A stretch of DNA of 53,795 nucleotides from Lama guanicoe. Lineage: Eukaryota. Both the position numbers and the translations under genes were made by a program. Under the pieces are notes generated by a model. The model ran no database searches. It had not been told where the DNA came from and worked only from the letters and a program-made list of their open reading frames with translations. The stretch spans positions 6,978,122 through 7,031,916 of the forward strand of contig MU053810.1 in NCBI GenBank assembly GCA_013239625.1, given 5' to 3'. Below, piece by piece: positions 26,411 to 41,335 of the stretch. How positions within the stretch are numbered: the stretch's first letter is position 1; each line of letters opens with the position of its first letter.

Positions 26411-28679
26411 CAAGCTCTGGAAAATAGTGCATCATGGTCTAGGATGCTCTAGACAACATAGATCCACTCAAAATAAGGTACTACGATCCAAATGCTCTTG
26501 GGGGTCAGAAGTCAAGCTAACTGAGTAGGTAGACAACCCTGTCTATGTTAGTGCCCATCCCTGAAGGAGATAATTCAAAAGAAGTTTTTATAAGGGACCA
26601 AGATATAACACATACTCATACCCCTCTAAGCAGACTGTAAAATTCCACACCAACTCACAGACATATTATTCACTCAACAAATGTTGATTGAACTACATAT
26701 CAGGTGTTGTGCTTAGTGCAGGGACAAACATCTGCCTGATAGACACATGGACCTTATATGTGTCTTAAGTGGATAGAGAGATAATAAAAAAGCAAACAAA
26801 TAACTTTTACAATTATATATGGTGATAAGTGCCATGAAGAAATAAACATTGTAAAGTTACAAAGAGTGCATGGTATAGGGGCAGGGAGATTCTTACATAA
26901 AAAGATAAAAAAAAAAAAAGAGAGAGAATTCAATGAGAAGTTAACACTTGAAGTGAACCTAAAGATTGAGGAGTAGTTAACTAGGCATTAAGTAGTAGCA
27001 AAGTAGCTAAAGGTAAGATGAAAAGAAACTCATCTTGGGTAGAGGGAGTCATGTATGAGTGCATTAAGACTGCCAATATTCCACTCTTAGAAGGAAAGAG
27101 GAATGGAGAAAGATGACTGCATTAAGATAAAGTTCATTTATCGTATAAAAAGTGCAAATAATTGAGACAAAAAGAAAATCATCTTATAAGATAATCAAGT
27201 GATCCTGGCATGATTAGCACCTCCCGACCACCACCAATTACATGGATGTGATTTGTAGAGCAGATAAATATCCTTGTGTGGCCTCAAATTAAGAACTGTT
27301 ATCTAAATGCATAGTAACACTATGTGGGAGCTTGACTGTGATAGAACAATATATACAAGACCTGTAGGCACTGTGTGAAAAGGCCCAAAGCATTTCCATC
27401 ACAGCCCCAAAAGTCAATCTAATTGCTTTAGAACAGTCAGATCCACGCTGTTGAAAAAGCAATATGCAGTGGAGCTTTGAGTTATTAGTTGTCGGTATAT
27501 TATTGATTTACCACTATTATTAAAAAAAGATGTGATGTTAGCATATCTTTAAGTAAAAGAAATTAAAGGAGGTGTAAAAAAACTGCTTAGAGCAGATTTT
27601 ATGTGAGCACTATAGGTAAAATTATTTTAAAATTTTAAGTGCTGCTTTAAATCATTAAATCAGCAAAGATTAGGACAGTGGGATATGGTGAAAGGACACT
27701 GGATTGGCAGTTGGGAGACCAAGCTCTACTCTTCTGCTCTGCCGATACCTAGTCATGTGACTTTTGACACTTTTTTCAACTTCTCTGAGCCCTTTTGCTT
27801 CATCTGTAACACAAGAGAGATGTATTAGATATAGCCACAACTGAACCAATTTTAGCTGAGTGATGGATAATGGTCCAGGTGTATTTTCCAGGAACTCATC
27901 ATTCTTGATAGTTCTAGATTTATAAGGTAAATGTTATTTTTAGATTAAATAGTGCTACGTCTCAGTAAACAAAGTGGCACAACCCAAATCAAACTCTCGA
28001 TACAGCAAATAAAGCCACAAAGAAGCTGCATAATCTGTTACTATAACGCAAAATCAGAAATCCAGTTCTTATTCCTGGTCTTACTGAGATTCTGGATTTC
28101 CCTAAGCATATGCTACCCCTATGCCTCATGTGCCTGTTTGCAAAATGAAGAGCACAGTCCTTGTGATCCAAGGCATTGGTTTTGAAATTTCTGGATGCAG
28201 AATTATCACTAGAGAATTCTGATCGTCACTCTGGGTCTGGGGGGAAGTTAAGAATCTGCATTTTAATAAGCACCACAGGTGATTTTGATGCAAATGGCCA
28301 AAGGAGCACATGCTGAGAAAAACTGCCTTGAGCCATGGAAAATAACTCTAAGATATTAGGAAAGAAGGTCTCCTGGTAAACACAGAGCCTTGCTATAAAC
28401 TGTAAAATGAAGCCTGTGAAGGAAAAAAAATGAAAATAGCACCTATCATCATCATCATCACCATCAATCAATCATCATCCTCCTCTAAACATTTCTATAG
28501 CACTTGCGGTGGCCAAGCATTCTTCTAAGGATTTTACACACTTTGCTTATTTAGTCTTCATCGCTCTACTGTGAGCTTGGGACTGGTACCATTTTGCAGA
28601 TGAGAAACAAACAAACAAATGAGTTGCCCTAAGTAATATGGCCATCTGGCTCCAGATACCATACCCTTCATCACTACAC

Positions 28680-28870
28680 CAATGGTTCTCAAATGTTGGT
28701 ACACACTCGATTTACCTGGAGAGCTTTTGTCAAAAGCACAAATTAGTGGCCTTAGCCCCCAAACTGCTGACTCGGTAGGTCTGGAATAGGGCCTGAGAAT
28801 CTGCATTCCTAACACATTCCCATGTGATGTTGATACTGCTGGTCCAGAGGTCATACTTTGAGAACCTCTG
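28680..28870. mobile_element. MER5A-like DNA transposon; related copies at ~28170-28330 and ~41905-42088
   Basis: Terminal inverted ends caatggttctcaaa ... tttgagaacctctg, and internal gggcctgagaatctgcattcctaaca. Confidence 0.8.
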
Positions 28871-31554
28871 CTCTGAGCTTTGCTTTTCACCATTATAATC
28901 TGTCACTCTTTGGTAACACTTTTCCATCCATTTTTATATGAAAAAAGGAGAAAGTCGACAGTAAGGGATGAAAAGATGCCTGAAATCTATTAAGGAAAAA
29001 ACTCTCTGGTTTTCTATTTCCAACTTAGAAAGCTTACTCAAGATGTTTATGTTTTTTCACTTAGCAGTTTATTCTCATCTGCCTCCAGTTTACCCTTAAA
29101 ACTCTTCCTCCCTGTCAGCATCACTTCTGACAGCACTCCTCTTTCCAGTCATCTCTGCTTTTCACTGTGAAGTCGTGACGTGCGCTATTCTTGCCCCCAC
29201 AATGAAGTGCATTTTTAGGTACCACTAAACACAGTGTCATCTAGGACTTTGACCCAAATTGCTAATTTCCCCAAATCCCCCTGCTCCCATGCACACAATA
29301 TAGTTCTGTAAACTAAAGACTCCTGAAGAACTTTCTGACCACGAGGGAAGAAAACACCAGGAAATGGCATTTATGTGGGAAAATCCTGAGTGTGCTAAGG
29401 CCACGTATGTCCCCAAACAACTTCCCATGATACTGACTGACATTCAGCAGTGGAGGAAAGGGCCGATTTGGCACTCATGGAAAAAATCACACCAAATTAC
29501 TTAAAGCTTGACTCCATTCAATGCAAGGATTGGCTCTTTTTCGTATTAAGTAGTAAGAACAACAAAACAATCTGAAACAAAATTTACTGAAAAGCAGACT
29601 TTGTGGCTAGCAAAAGATGGGAGATGGATGGATTTGTCTTTGCTCAATATTGTCTGCTTTCATTGCTGCAGGGAAGCACCTCACCCCCATGTGTATCTAT
29701 GTGTTGTAATAGTTCATGCTGTTGTTTTCATCAGCATATTGCCTTGGGCATAGTGGGGGCTTACTTCATGATCAGTTTAGGACTTGGCTCTTCATCTGAA
29801 CACAGGAGCTTTTGAAAGTTGGGCTCTTTAAGTGCCCAGGACCAGGTACTCATAGGAGACACTATATAATGACAGTTCCTCATTGATGAATAGCAGGAAT
29901 TTGTAAATCCAAACAAACTTAAAAAGAACAAGTTTAGATAGCAAGTTCCTTATAAAATTTTTGCTGCTATTTTAAAAAACTTGAGAGACATTAATCCTGT
30001 AATGTTGATATCATTGAAATTTCAGACATCATCTTAATGTCAGGATTGTATGGAAATGGAAAACAAAGAAACGTAACACAGAAATATATGCCAACCAATT
30101 GTAGTGAAAGAAGATAATCACTGCATGTGTTCCAGAAACACCTTCAGGCTAAGAAAATGATGAACCTAAGAATGAATCCAGGTACAAAATAGTTTTGGAA
30201 ATCTGTAATTTTATTTTGACAGTAATATTATTGTGCCTAGTTTTTAAAAATGCTTCCTCCAGACCTCTGCTAGCCCTAAAAAAAAAAAAAAAAAAAAAAA
30301 AAAGAGGCAAAGAAATTTAGGATTTCCTATCTAATCTCTGGTCAGTTGGTTTCTCCTCCTCTTCTTCTTTCTCTTCCTCTTACAGACATCAAATGCTCAG
30401 TGACAAATTAGCTGTAAGTCTGAATTGTCCCCAAGGAAAGGGAAGAGACAACTTCCATACCTGTGAGGTAGTTGAAGTTTACTTAGAAGTGCCTTCTTTT
30501 GATTGTTTTTGGTACTAGCGTTTAAGTAGGTCTGCGGCAGAAGCCCTAATCCTGTAGCATATATACATCATTTCTACTTGTCCTTTTGATGTACCCTTTA
30601 GAATCAATAGTTTTGGGGAACTTTTTGCCTAGTCTTTACCAACAGCCCCCTATTCAGACATAAGAGAATTTTAGAGAAGTTGAGGCACACGAAGCTTTCA
30701 GCTCATTTTGTTCAGTGTCAATGAATGGTCTTCAGTGATGGGGCTGACTTCCAGTAATCATTTATCACAGCGTCTGGGGAGGAATGGGTTCCTCATGAGC
30801 AAGTTCTTATATATGGCATAGAAAAAGCAGACTAGGGAACAGAAGGCTAAAAAGAGAAACAATTTTCCAGAATCTGCAGTATCATGAGTACCAAATGTGA
30901 TGAAAAGTAACTGTTTCAACTGTTTGTTTTTATATCTCAAATTAGATATTTTAAAGTAAAAGAATTAAAATGTAATTAAAATTCAAGAAATAAATAAGAA
31001 AGTAATAAGCTTTTCTGAATGTCAAGGTTGTTTTTCATTGAAATGGATTAACCAGGAGCAGAAGAGAATAAACTTCATTGAAGAATAATTTGTGATCTTC
31101 AGTAGAAACTATATCCATGTATCAGAAATGAGTTCTATTTAATTCTGCCTGGATAGACAGATGAACCAAATGGAATTGGAATCTATTCTTTTCCCACAGC
31201 TCTATAATAGAGTGAGGAATATATCCTGTTATGTCCCCACAAACAAGAAAATTAGTACATACATATTTAGCCCAAATACTCTTAGGCATCAAAATGTAGT
31301 CTCTTTTTACTACCATTCCTCTCCTGCTGCATTTCTCAACCTGGCATTCAAGACCACTTACCAACTTTTTTGCCCATCCCACTAGTCCTCCACCACCTTT
31401 TGGAGACCCTCCATTCTAAAAAAGCTGTGCCGTTTACACTATTCCTTTATAAGGAATTTGTACACTCCAGCCCTATGTCTGCCTTTGTAGAAGTTAATTC
31501 TGTCTATTGAGAAAACTTCCACAAATATGTTTTCTCTCCTTTAAAACCTTTAAA

Positions 31555-32372
31555 AACTACCAACAATTTGAATAGACATTTCTCCAAAGAGGATATCTAT
31601 GCATGGCTAATAAGTTCATAGAAAGATGCTCAACATCATTAGTCTTTAGGGAAATGAAAATTAAAACCACAAGAAACCATTACACACCCACTGGAAGGGC
31701 TATAATAAATAAGACAGATGTTAACAAATGTTGGTGAGGATGTGGAAAAACAGGAGCCTTCGTGCATTTCTGGTGGGAGTGGCGCAGGCACTTTGGAAAG
31801 TAAATTAACAGTTTCTCAGAAGAGTTCAATATAAACTGTTCTAAGACCCCACAATTCTACTCCAAGGTATTTGCCCAAGAGAAATGAAAACATTGTGTCC
31901 ACACAAAGACATGCACAGGAATGTTCACAGCAGAATTATTCATAATAGCCAAAGTCTAGAAACTGAAACTACTGAAAGATCTATCCACTGGTGGATAGAC
32001 ACAGTGTGGTACAGCCACATGGTAGAATACTGTTCAGCCATAACAATGAACAAATTGCCAACATATGCTTTGTCATGGATAAAGCTCAATAACATGTTAA
32101 GTGAAAGACGCTGTATGCAAGAGACCACATATTGTGTCTAGATGAAATGTCCAGAAAAGACAAATGTGTGGAGACAAAAAGATAGGTTAGTGGTTGCCTG
32201 GGAATAAGAACAACTGTAAATGAGCATGATGAATCTTACTGATGAGGATGAAAATGTTCTAAAACTGATGATAGTAGCTGTACTGCTCAGTAAAGTTATT
32301 TAAAATCATTGAATCTTACACTGGAAATGGGTGATATGTAAAATGTACTTCAATAATTTTTTTTTAAAAAAG
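31555..32372 (+). mobile_element. Old LINE-1 3' end (L1MB/L1MC-like)
   Basis: aatagacatttctccaaagaggatat...aagatgctcaacatcattag...aagagaaatgaaaaca...aatgttctaaaact. Confidence 0.85.
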
Positions 32373-32569
32373 GAACTACCAACTCTAGATATTCTCCATA
32401 ATTCACTTGATTTTCTAGAATCAACCTCTGATTCTATTTAGAATCACCTTAGTTCTTAGAACCCATGATATGATTTACATGTGCTGACTTAATGCTACCT
32501 GTGAACATCTAGGTGGACAAGTGAAGAAGGTTTGGGTAGCATTCTCATCTATATTATTTATTATTTTAT

Positions 32570-33245
32570 TTTATTTAACAAGTAAGTGACTGTTGGTGTT
32601 CCACTATGTGCCAGACACTGTTCCAGATAAAAGTGGTACAGCACCAAACAAATCAAGTTTCTGCCATCGTGGTGCTTACATTCAGCTGGAATAAGTACTA
32701 TAAGGAAAACTAAAGTGAGATAAGAAGATGTATAGAGACTGGAGGTCAGGGAAATCACCTCTGATTAAGTGGCCTTGAGTAGGAAGGTGGATGACACGAA
32801 AAAGTGAAACATGGGACTAGCCCAGGAGAACAATTTCCCCAGCAGCAAATAATGATCACAAAACCCCTGAAACAGTTTATCAAGCCTGGTCTGTCCCAGG
32901 AACAGCAAACATTTCTGTCTTGGGAGAGGTCAAGGAAAGATGAGGGGAAAGAGAAGGCAGCCAGCAACTCACATAGAGCTTTTAGTGCTGTGGCAATGAG
33001 TTTCGGTTTTATTACAAGGGCAATTGCAAGTCACGGGAGGGTTTTGACAGGAGTAGCAAAATCATAGGGGTTTCTATACAGACTGACAGAGGAAGGCAAG
33101 AGCAGAGGAACTAGTTAGGAAGCTGTTGCAATACTCAGAATAAGAGCTGATGATGGTTTGGACTAGAAGTGGATGGGAAAAGCAGGGTGATAATGATTGA
33201 GTTGGTTGAAAATTGTTGAATTCAGGATTGTAATTTTTTGAAGGT
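32570..33245. mobile_element. L2 LINE fragment; similar L2 remnants at ~7770-8170, ~26665-27050, ~45420-45920 and ~50205-50690
   Basis: tttatttaacaa...ctatgtgccagacactgttc...ctgccatcgtggtgcttacattc...agttaggaagctgttgcaata...tgatggtttggactag. Confidence 0.65.
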
Positions 33246-33439
33246 TAGGAACACGGTTGCCCATTAATATCCTCTGAATTTCAGATGCAAAGAAGATTTT
33301 CCTAGAGTAAGAATAATAATATATAAAATTATGTGTGCCAACTCCATTTGGGAATAGAATCCTAAATTTAGAATAAAGATTCTTTTTTTTTTTTTCTAGA
33401 AAAAATGACTCTTCCTACGTATCAGTTTAAAGTACTCAT

Positions 33440-34060
33440 ATCCCAAATGAAAAATGAGCAGAAGCCATGAACAGAAATTTCAAAATAGAAGAAACATATA
33501 TGGCCAGTAAACACAAAGAAAATGTTCAACCTCATGAAAATGCAAATCAAAGCATGAGACACACAAATTAAATCTATATGATTGGCAAAAATTGAAGTCC
33601 AGTAATGCCAAGTTATTGGCACTGGATGTGGGAAGGATGGAGGAGATGTGGATCCACAAAATCTTTTATGCTTTACTGGTAGAAATGTAAATTAGTATGA
33701 TCATTTTAGAAAATAATTGAGGATTATCTAGTAATGTCAAACATTCACCTACTCTATGGTCTAGTACTTCCACGCTTGATATATACACAGAAGAAACTCT
33801 GCACATGTGTACCCTGTGATATTTACCAAAATGTTAATAGCATCACTGTTTAAAAAGAAAAACCCTAGAAAAACCTAGATGCTCATCCACAGGAGAACAG
33901 GTGAATGAATTGTGTTATTCTCAAACAGATGAAAATAAACACAAGGAAATTATGAAAACAGGATTCAGGGAGATCGCTGACCTCCATGGGTGGAATGAGG
34001 CATGAAAATGAGTTGGGCACTAGATTCATGAGTGCTTATATAAAATAATTAAATAAATAA
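33440..34060 (+). mobile_element. Old LINE-1 3' fragment
   Basis: aaaatgagcagaagccatgaacaga...aaatgcaaatcaaag...gattggcaaaaattgaag. Confidence 0.7.
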
Positions 34061-37000
34061 GTCAGATCATACACTGACTAATGATGAAAGCATATTGGAC
34101 AAAGGATGATGGTAAAGCCAAAGTCCTGAGGTCAATTAAAGGAGCTTAAGAAAGAAAAGGTGAGGGAACAGAAGGGGAGGAAAGAAATCACTGTCAGTTT
34201 TCATTGCTTCTATAGCCTTGTCCCCAAATAAATTATCCCCACAGGCTATCTGCCCCACCCCCACCCTTTGCAATTCACTGGACTGATGAATCTGGCAAAG
34301 CAATGGTACAAATGTTCTGGTAGTTGCCAACTTATTACTCTTCCTGAGTAACACAGTCAGCTTTTCTGGCTGACTTAGCCCAACAGCCAACCATCTACTT
34401 GTGAAAAGTTTCAGTGCTCAGACAGGCCTCTGGGGGAGGTATTTGAGATCAAGAAAGATTGGCAGTGCCTGCCTTCAACTAGATCTCTGTGTGAATGACA
34501 ATGGTTCATCTCTGACGCAAGCCACTTCAGGCTGAAATTTGATTTCACTTTCTAAGAGTCCAGCTCTTTCTTCTCTTCCCTATCAGTCTGTGTCCAGAGC
34601 ACTATTTCCAGGCCCTCAGTGTGTCTCCTCAAAGACTGGCTGACCCACTTTCCAGATGGAGCCAACATCATCCTCTATCTGATCCACAAATCATGAACAG
34701 AAGGCTGAGGAAATGAGAAGTGTATACCCACTGGGAAGGGAGCGAAGCTTCCAGCACGGGGTACACAGCAAGATCACAGAGGCACAATGTAATTCTCCAG
34801 AAAGCCAGTTCGGATCAATGACAGGACAGCCTGGCTCCAGATGAAACTCTCCTGGATTTTAAAACACAAATAAATAGTAACATTGAAATGAGATAAGATT
34901 TACCACAAATTTAAATTGACATATTTAATGATGTATTTATGATAATTATGGCACCTGAAGACCAGATGTAAAGAGGAAGCCACTGACATATTTGACAATA
35001 TTAGCTATTCCTGAGATTCCCTCAGACAAAAGATGGGAAAGAGAAAAGATAAAGTGCATGAGCGTCTCTCCTGCCAGAAGGGCACAGGGTACTGCTCCAG
35101 TCCTTCTTCCTTAAGAAGGATTTAAGGTGTCCCACAGTACCTGGAAGGAGAAACCAGCTCCATGCCCCAGAGAGACTGACTTCAGTGTTCATTTACAAGT
35201 CAAAGGTATCAGGTCAGATCTCTCTCTGATAACAGCAGAGAGAAGCCCTGCCTGGGGAGGGGGGTGGGGAGTGTGGCCTTTGTTCAAACATCAAAAAACT
35301 GCGGGAACAAGCTGCTGGTTAGTGAGAGATGGTGGGAGGACAGCTAGGTACATCAGCAAGTGGAAAAATAGCCATATTTTCAGTACAACATAATAATAAT
35401 CTTTACTGCAAGTATTTTCTTAAAGTGAAGCTTTTTACTACTTAATTCATTCCAAGTAAATTAGGAATTGAAATGAGAAAGTCCAGATCCCAGGGTACCT
35501 CTTAAATACAGGCAGAGGATTTTAGACTTCATATACCAGTTCCTTCATCATCAGTAAATTCGTCTCTAAAATTTGACCTAGAGGTCATGGGAAGAGTAGT
35601 TCCTGCTTAAAAAAGAAAAAAAACAGAAATAGGTCTCTGTGCTGCCAAATGAGTTCTGAATTGGTGAATTCCTAAAAAAAACAGGATACAGCTTCCTGCA
35701 AATTATTCTGAAGTGGTTTTCACCTCCAATTTACTGGCTTTGTATTACAACGTCTATCGAGGAAGCTGGGTTTCCCCGACCCTCACATTCATTTCCTCCT
35801 AGGATGGGGGCAGATTTGGGACAAGGACCAGGAGAAAACTGAGCTGTAGTGCTAATGAGTAGATATGTGAAGAGTGAAAAGGATATATATATTTTTAAAT
35901 CTTATCTCTGCATAATGTACCTACCTGAATTCCTCTTTCGGATTCTTTACCCTTATTTAAACTTGTCATTTGAGCAGCTGAAATAAAAATATGGGCCCAG
36001 AATCTCCTTCTTAGTGAGAAAAGCACCTCTTCTCCCCAACACCCTCACATGGAGAAATCAATTAATACAGCCTCCAATCAAAGGTCAAGAAGAAATCAGA
36101 GGGGAGCTGGGGAAAGTAGCGGTGAGCAGGCAGGTGAGCCTGGCCATGCTAGGTCTTTCCAAGATCTCTAAGTTATCTCTCATGAACAATCTTTCCCTGG
36201 TTGGGTTTGACTTTTGTGGGTTTTGGTTTAATTTTGCTTGATTTTCTTACTGTCGATAAGTAAGGCATTGCGGTACTGTAGGATTGGTAAGGCATTAAAG
36301 TTTAGGAAGTGAGCCAGGAAGGAAAATGGCCAAGGAAACAGCCTGGCTGCCTTCAGACTAGGCTTCTAAGTCTTGGGGACAAATGGGGTCCTTGCAAAAG
36401 CTCATGGTCCAGCTGAACTCACCAGGGTCAGAAGAGCCGCAAGCAAATTGGAGTCAAAGTGCTGTCATAATGAACAATACATACTCCTTGGGGGTGGTTT
36501 TCACCTGCACACAGAGCTCCCTGGGGAACTGCACTCATTTGGATTTTTTTTTTTTTTGAATTTGCATTGGGTTTTTTGAGTTTGTGTTGAGTTTGCATTT
36601 GACTTTGAGGATTCTGGTCATGGCCACTTTCTTTGTGACCAACACTTACTAGCATCTCCCACTCCTGTCATGCAGCTCTGAGGTGGCTGCGGGAGTGCTG
36701 CCCATGAGTGGGCAGGATAAGCTGGGTGCACACCCTGCAGGTCCCAGCTGGGCAGATACCCTCATACCCTGTCCTCTGCAACTCAGAGGCACCTCAGGGA
36801 AAGCAGGGGAACCACATGAGGACATCTTCAGATGCAGAAATAGGTAGCTGTCACCATGCCATCACCCTGAATCCTTAGTTCCACTCCTGACTGGTACAAA
36901 CAAAGCCTTTTCTAGAGCTCTGACCATTGCGGGAAAAAAAGTTAAGACACAAATCACCTGGATTTTGAAACTCCAGACTTTTCTGTTTTGGTTTTGCACC

Positions 37001-37370
37001 ATCACAAGGTAAGAATCGCAGTTTACTAACTCAGATGTGAATGGAATATGGCTTTAAAATATTCTAGGAAACAATATAATTTTTATGTAACTATTTCATC
37101 TCAACAAGCAAATCAGAAATTCAGCCTCAGACATTTTGGAAAAATCTGCCTGTCCCACACCAGATTGGACCCTGGTTCCAAGGCTTCACACAGTGACCAA
37201 GTGGAGGGTCTTAGTCCTCAGTCATCTGTTTATCTCCACTTAGCACCAAGATATCTGCTGTCCCTGTTTGTGCAGACCCAGACCTGATGGCTCTCTGATG
37301 AGTGCCACACTACACATGGGCCTCAGGAATCTCTGTCTAATGCAAAGCTGAGCTCTAAATTGCCTGTGAT

Positions 37371-37570
37371 CTAGGGTTGCCAAGTTAAGCAAAAATAATA
37401 ATAATAATAATAATAACAACAACAAAAGACACTCAATTAAATTTGAATTTCAGATAAACAGCAAATCAATTTTTTAAGTATGCTCCATGCAGTATTTGGA
37501 ACATACTTATACAGAAAAATGATTGTCTATGTGAATTTCATACTTAACTGGATGTCCTGTATTTTATCTG
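37371..37570. mobile_element. MER53-like hAT MITE with an internal (AAT)n/(AAC)n run
   Basis: tagggttgcca...ttaaatttgaatttcagataaaca...tatttggaacatacttatac...ttaactggatgtcctgtatttt. Confidence 0.7.
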
Positions 37571-38509
37571 AGAATCCTATTGTAATCTCTCTGCCAATAT
37601 TCCTCTATGAGATCTTGCTGCCTCCCTGAGGCATCTTCTGTAAACAGGACCTGGGTCGCTACGTCTCTGAAATTATGAACCTCTTCTAACACTAGATGAG
37701 GAGAACTTTTTTCTGGGGAATTATTGTTCTCAGTGGGATTAAACTGTTTGAAACAAACCAGGAACATTCTACAGATGGTTCTGCTTTCCACCTGTTACAC
37801 TGGCCAAGGGGCAATGAATTAGTCTATTACCTTGAAATTGGAGGCAGTGGGCAAGGCAGGAATTAAGGTCTCAAGTTGTTTATCCATACTCCCCTCACTT
37901 TTGTTCTTTCTCTCACTCTGTCCCTCCCACCCCTTTCTCTCTACTTTCTTTTTGCAGTATCAAAAGAAAATGTTTGGAAAATGCATTTTTCTTTAGGTCA
38001 AGATATCAGGCAGTTTTTACACTATGAAAGAGATTTATAAAAATACAGTAAGATCACATGAATCCTAGGAAGTCAGAGTACCTTAAATCACAAATACAAG
38101 GGAGAATATAAACTCATGTCACACAAAAATTCTTTTTCTAAATGTACATTTCAAGACCCTACACTTTTTTCCATAACAATGTGATCCCATTGTAACTCAA
38201 AGCAGAAGTTACTAAGAAAATGCATGGTTGTCTGGTAACCACATATACATGTTATAAAAATATTTTAAACATATGTTATGTGCATTTGATTTAATTGTTG
38301 ATTGGACTATTCCAAAAAATCCAGGAATACATTCTAATGAATGAATGAGGCAACTGCACAAAGCATGTGTGAAAAGATACTCATTGCAGCATTATTTATG
38401 AGAAAGAGAAGACCAATCAAATATTAATTAAATTGTGCTATAATTACCTACTATGGCTCTTAAACCTGATATTTTATTTTCATTCAATCAGAGGTCCTAA
38501 AGTAAGGAA

Positions 38510-40410
38510 GAGAAATTAAAAGACTTAAGTAGTGGAAAAGAAGATAGAAAACTGTCATTTTTCAATGACAACATAATTGTGCATGTATAAAATTCAGAAT
38601 AATCCACAGATTATTTGAACTAGTAAATAAGTTTAACAAAGTTATCAGATATAATGGCAATATACAAAAATCAGTTGTAATTTTATACCAGTGTAACTAG
38701 TTCAAATGTGAATTTTTTTTTAATTTACAGCAGCATCAGAAAAAAGGAAGGGAAAAGATTTTCAAGGATTCTACACAGAAAACTATAAAATATTATTTAG
38801 TGAAATTAAAGACAAAAACAGGAGGAGGGATAGATCAAGTCTGTGAATTACAAGACTCAATGTTTCTAAAATGTCAATTCTCCTCTAATTGAAGCTATAG
38901 ATTCAGTGTAAACCCAGTCAAAAACCGAGTAGACATTTTGTATGTGTGATCATTGACGGACTAGTTTTAGGACTACAGTAGCATTGCAAAGGGCCGAGAA
39001 CAGCCAAAACAATCTTGAAAGACAAAATGTCCCAGACATCAAAACTTACGATAAAGCTGCAGTAATTACGACACTGTGGTATTGCATCAAGGATTGGCAG
39101 AGACCAATGGAACAGAATAGAGTTCAAAAATCAGACCCACGCACGTGGCCACTTATCTATGACAGAGGTGGCACTGCAGAACAGTGGGACTAGGACAGTC
39201 TTCTCAATAAATGGTACTGAGTCAACTGGATTACTCAGATGCCCTTTCAGGCCTGAGGTACTCAGTGTTCCGGTGGCTGGGCGAGTCACATGGCTGCTCA
39301 CTGCTCACAGCTGCCTCTCCTCCTGGGAATTTCCTGTAGCCAAAGAAAGCTGCTTCTTCCAAGATGATCCTCTCTCCCTGAGGACACTCCTACATCAGTG
39401 ACTGGTCAACTCAAGTATGGAAAGTCCTGGCCCTTCCTGGGTTGGCCTCTCAAGGACCATTCTGGTTTAAGAGTTCCCCTTGGGAACAACTTAGGTCATG
39501 AAAGCAAATGCATCCTCAAAACTTAAGTCTCCCTCCACCCCATACAACTCCCTCTACTCCCTCTCAGAAGTTTACCCCAGTAAAACTCCTGCACACAAAT
39601 CTTAGTGTCCCAGATTCTGTTTGCTAGGGAACTCAACCTGGAACACACTGGAAAAAATTAACCTTGACACTACCTCATACCTTACATACAATTAATTCCC
39701 AGTGATAGTTTATCTAATGTGAGTCATAAAAGATAAAATTTCTATGAGTTTCTAACATAACAAAGCCCCCACTACTTTGGAGTTGAAGAAAGAGTTCTTA
39801 AACAAGACACAAAAGCACTAACCATACAGAAAAAGACTGATAAATTGGACCACATTCAAATTAAGATGTTCTGTTTATCAAAGGATACAATTTAGAGTAA
39901 AAAGTCAAACCATAAAGTCAGAGAAGATAAACACAATGCCTATAAGCCACAAAGGATTTGTATACAAAATACATAAAGAAAGACCAAAAAATCAATAAGA
40001 AGATAGAAAAATCCAATAGAAAAAAAAAGGGTAAGAGATTTGAATGGGTACTTCCCATTCCCCAAAAGATATCAAAATAGCCAGCAAACAAATGAAAGGG
40101 AGTTCAAACTTATTAATACTCAGAGAGTGCAAATTAAAACCACAATTAAATATTCACCTCAAACCCACTGGAATGGCAAGATTAATACTACCAAGTGTTG
40201 GTGGAAAATGTAGAGCACCCACTTAGAATTCTCAGACACAGCCTGAAGAAACCTGTATTACATAGTCTCATAAAATTGAGTACTTGTATGTATGTCACTA
40301 TTAGGAATAGCCCCAACAGAAATGAGCGGACGTATACATCAAAACACTTACATATAAATGTTCATAGTAATATTATTCATAATAACAAAAAATTAAAATA
40401 GTCCAACTGC
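38510..40410 (+). mobile_element. Old LINE-1 ORF2 fragments interrupted by a GC-richer LTR-like insert (~39235-39645)
   Basis: The peptide PDIKTYDKAAVITTLWYCIKDWQRPMEQNR resembles L1 ORF2. L1 sequence resumes at ~39650 (ggaaaaaattaaccttgac...cctcataccttacata). Confidence 0.8.
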
Positions 40411-40846
40411 CTGTTAATTTTTATAGACAATAAAGAAATAAACAAGGCAAGGAAAATAAAGTCAAAACAGAGGAAGCGTAATCAGGAAATGCCTGAAAAG
40501 CAATCAAATTATGTTGAGGTAGAGGATCTAGAAATTAGGACAGTCTTGAGTAAGAGAATGGTAAGGGGGGATATAAATTTAACATTTTTGATATGGTGTC
40601 TCAAACAATTAAAGAATTATTAATACTTGACTTATTTATAGCAATTTATATAATTCATTCCTTCCTCTAACTAGAGTATTATACACACCCAGCTTATAAA
40701 TTGAAATGAGCCAAACACCAAGAAAGTAGTGTGTCCCTTTATTGGGATCTCTGCTCTCCTGAGTTGTTCAGCACAGTAGCAGCGTACCCGACACTGGCAC
40801 CACTACCACCAGCCTGCTAGCAGGCAGCTTTCCTGAATGTAGGCCC

Positions 40847-41271
40847 ATGATAGTTAATTTTATATATCAACTTGCCTGGGCTATGGTGTCCAGATATTTG
40901 GTCAAACATTTTTCTTGATGTTTCTTGATGTAAGGGTGTTTTTTGAATAAGATTAATATTTAATTGATGGACTTAGAGCAAAGCAGATTGCCCTCCATAA
41001 TATAGGTGGGCCTCATCTAATCAGTCAAAGGGCTCAATAGAACAAAGACCCCACCCCCACCCTACATCTCCCCACCCCAGCAAGAAGGAATTCCGCCAGC
41101 AGACTGTCTTTGGACTTGAACAGCAACTCTTCCTGGAGTCTCCAGCCTGCCAACGTATTCCATCTGATTTTGGACTCACAAAGCCTCTTACAATCATTGG
41201 AACCAATTCCTTAAAATCAGCAGGTCAAACTCTCAGTCTCTCTCTTTCTCTCTCTCCCTCCCTCTCTCCCC

Positions 41272-41305
<34 letters not shown>

Positions 41306-41335
41306 CCTCTTGTTTTCCAGAAAAGCCTAACACAA
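40847..41335. mobile_element. MLT2-type (ERVL) solo LTR with internal (CT)n(CA)n
   Basis: tgatagttaattttatatatcaacttg...ccagatatttggtcaaaca...aagcagattgccctccataa...gggcctcatctaatcag. Confidence 0.85.
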
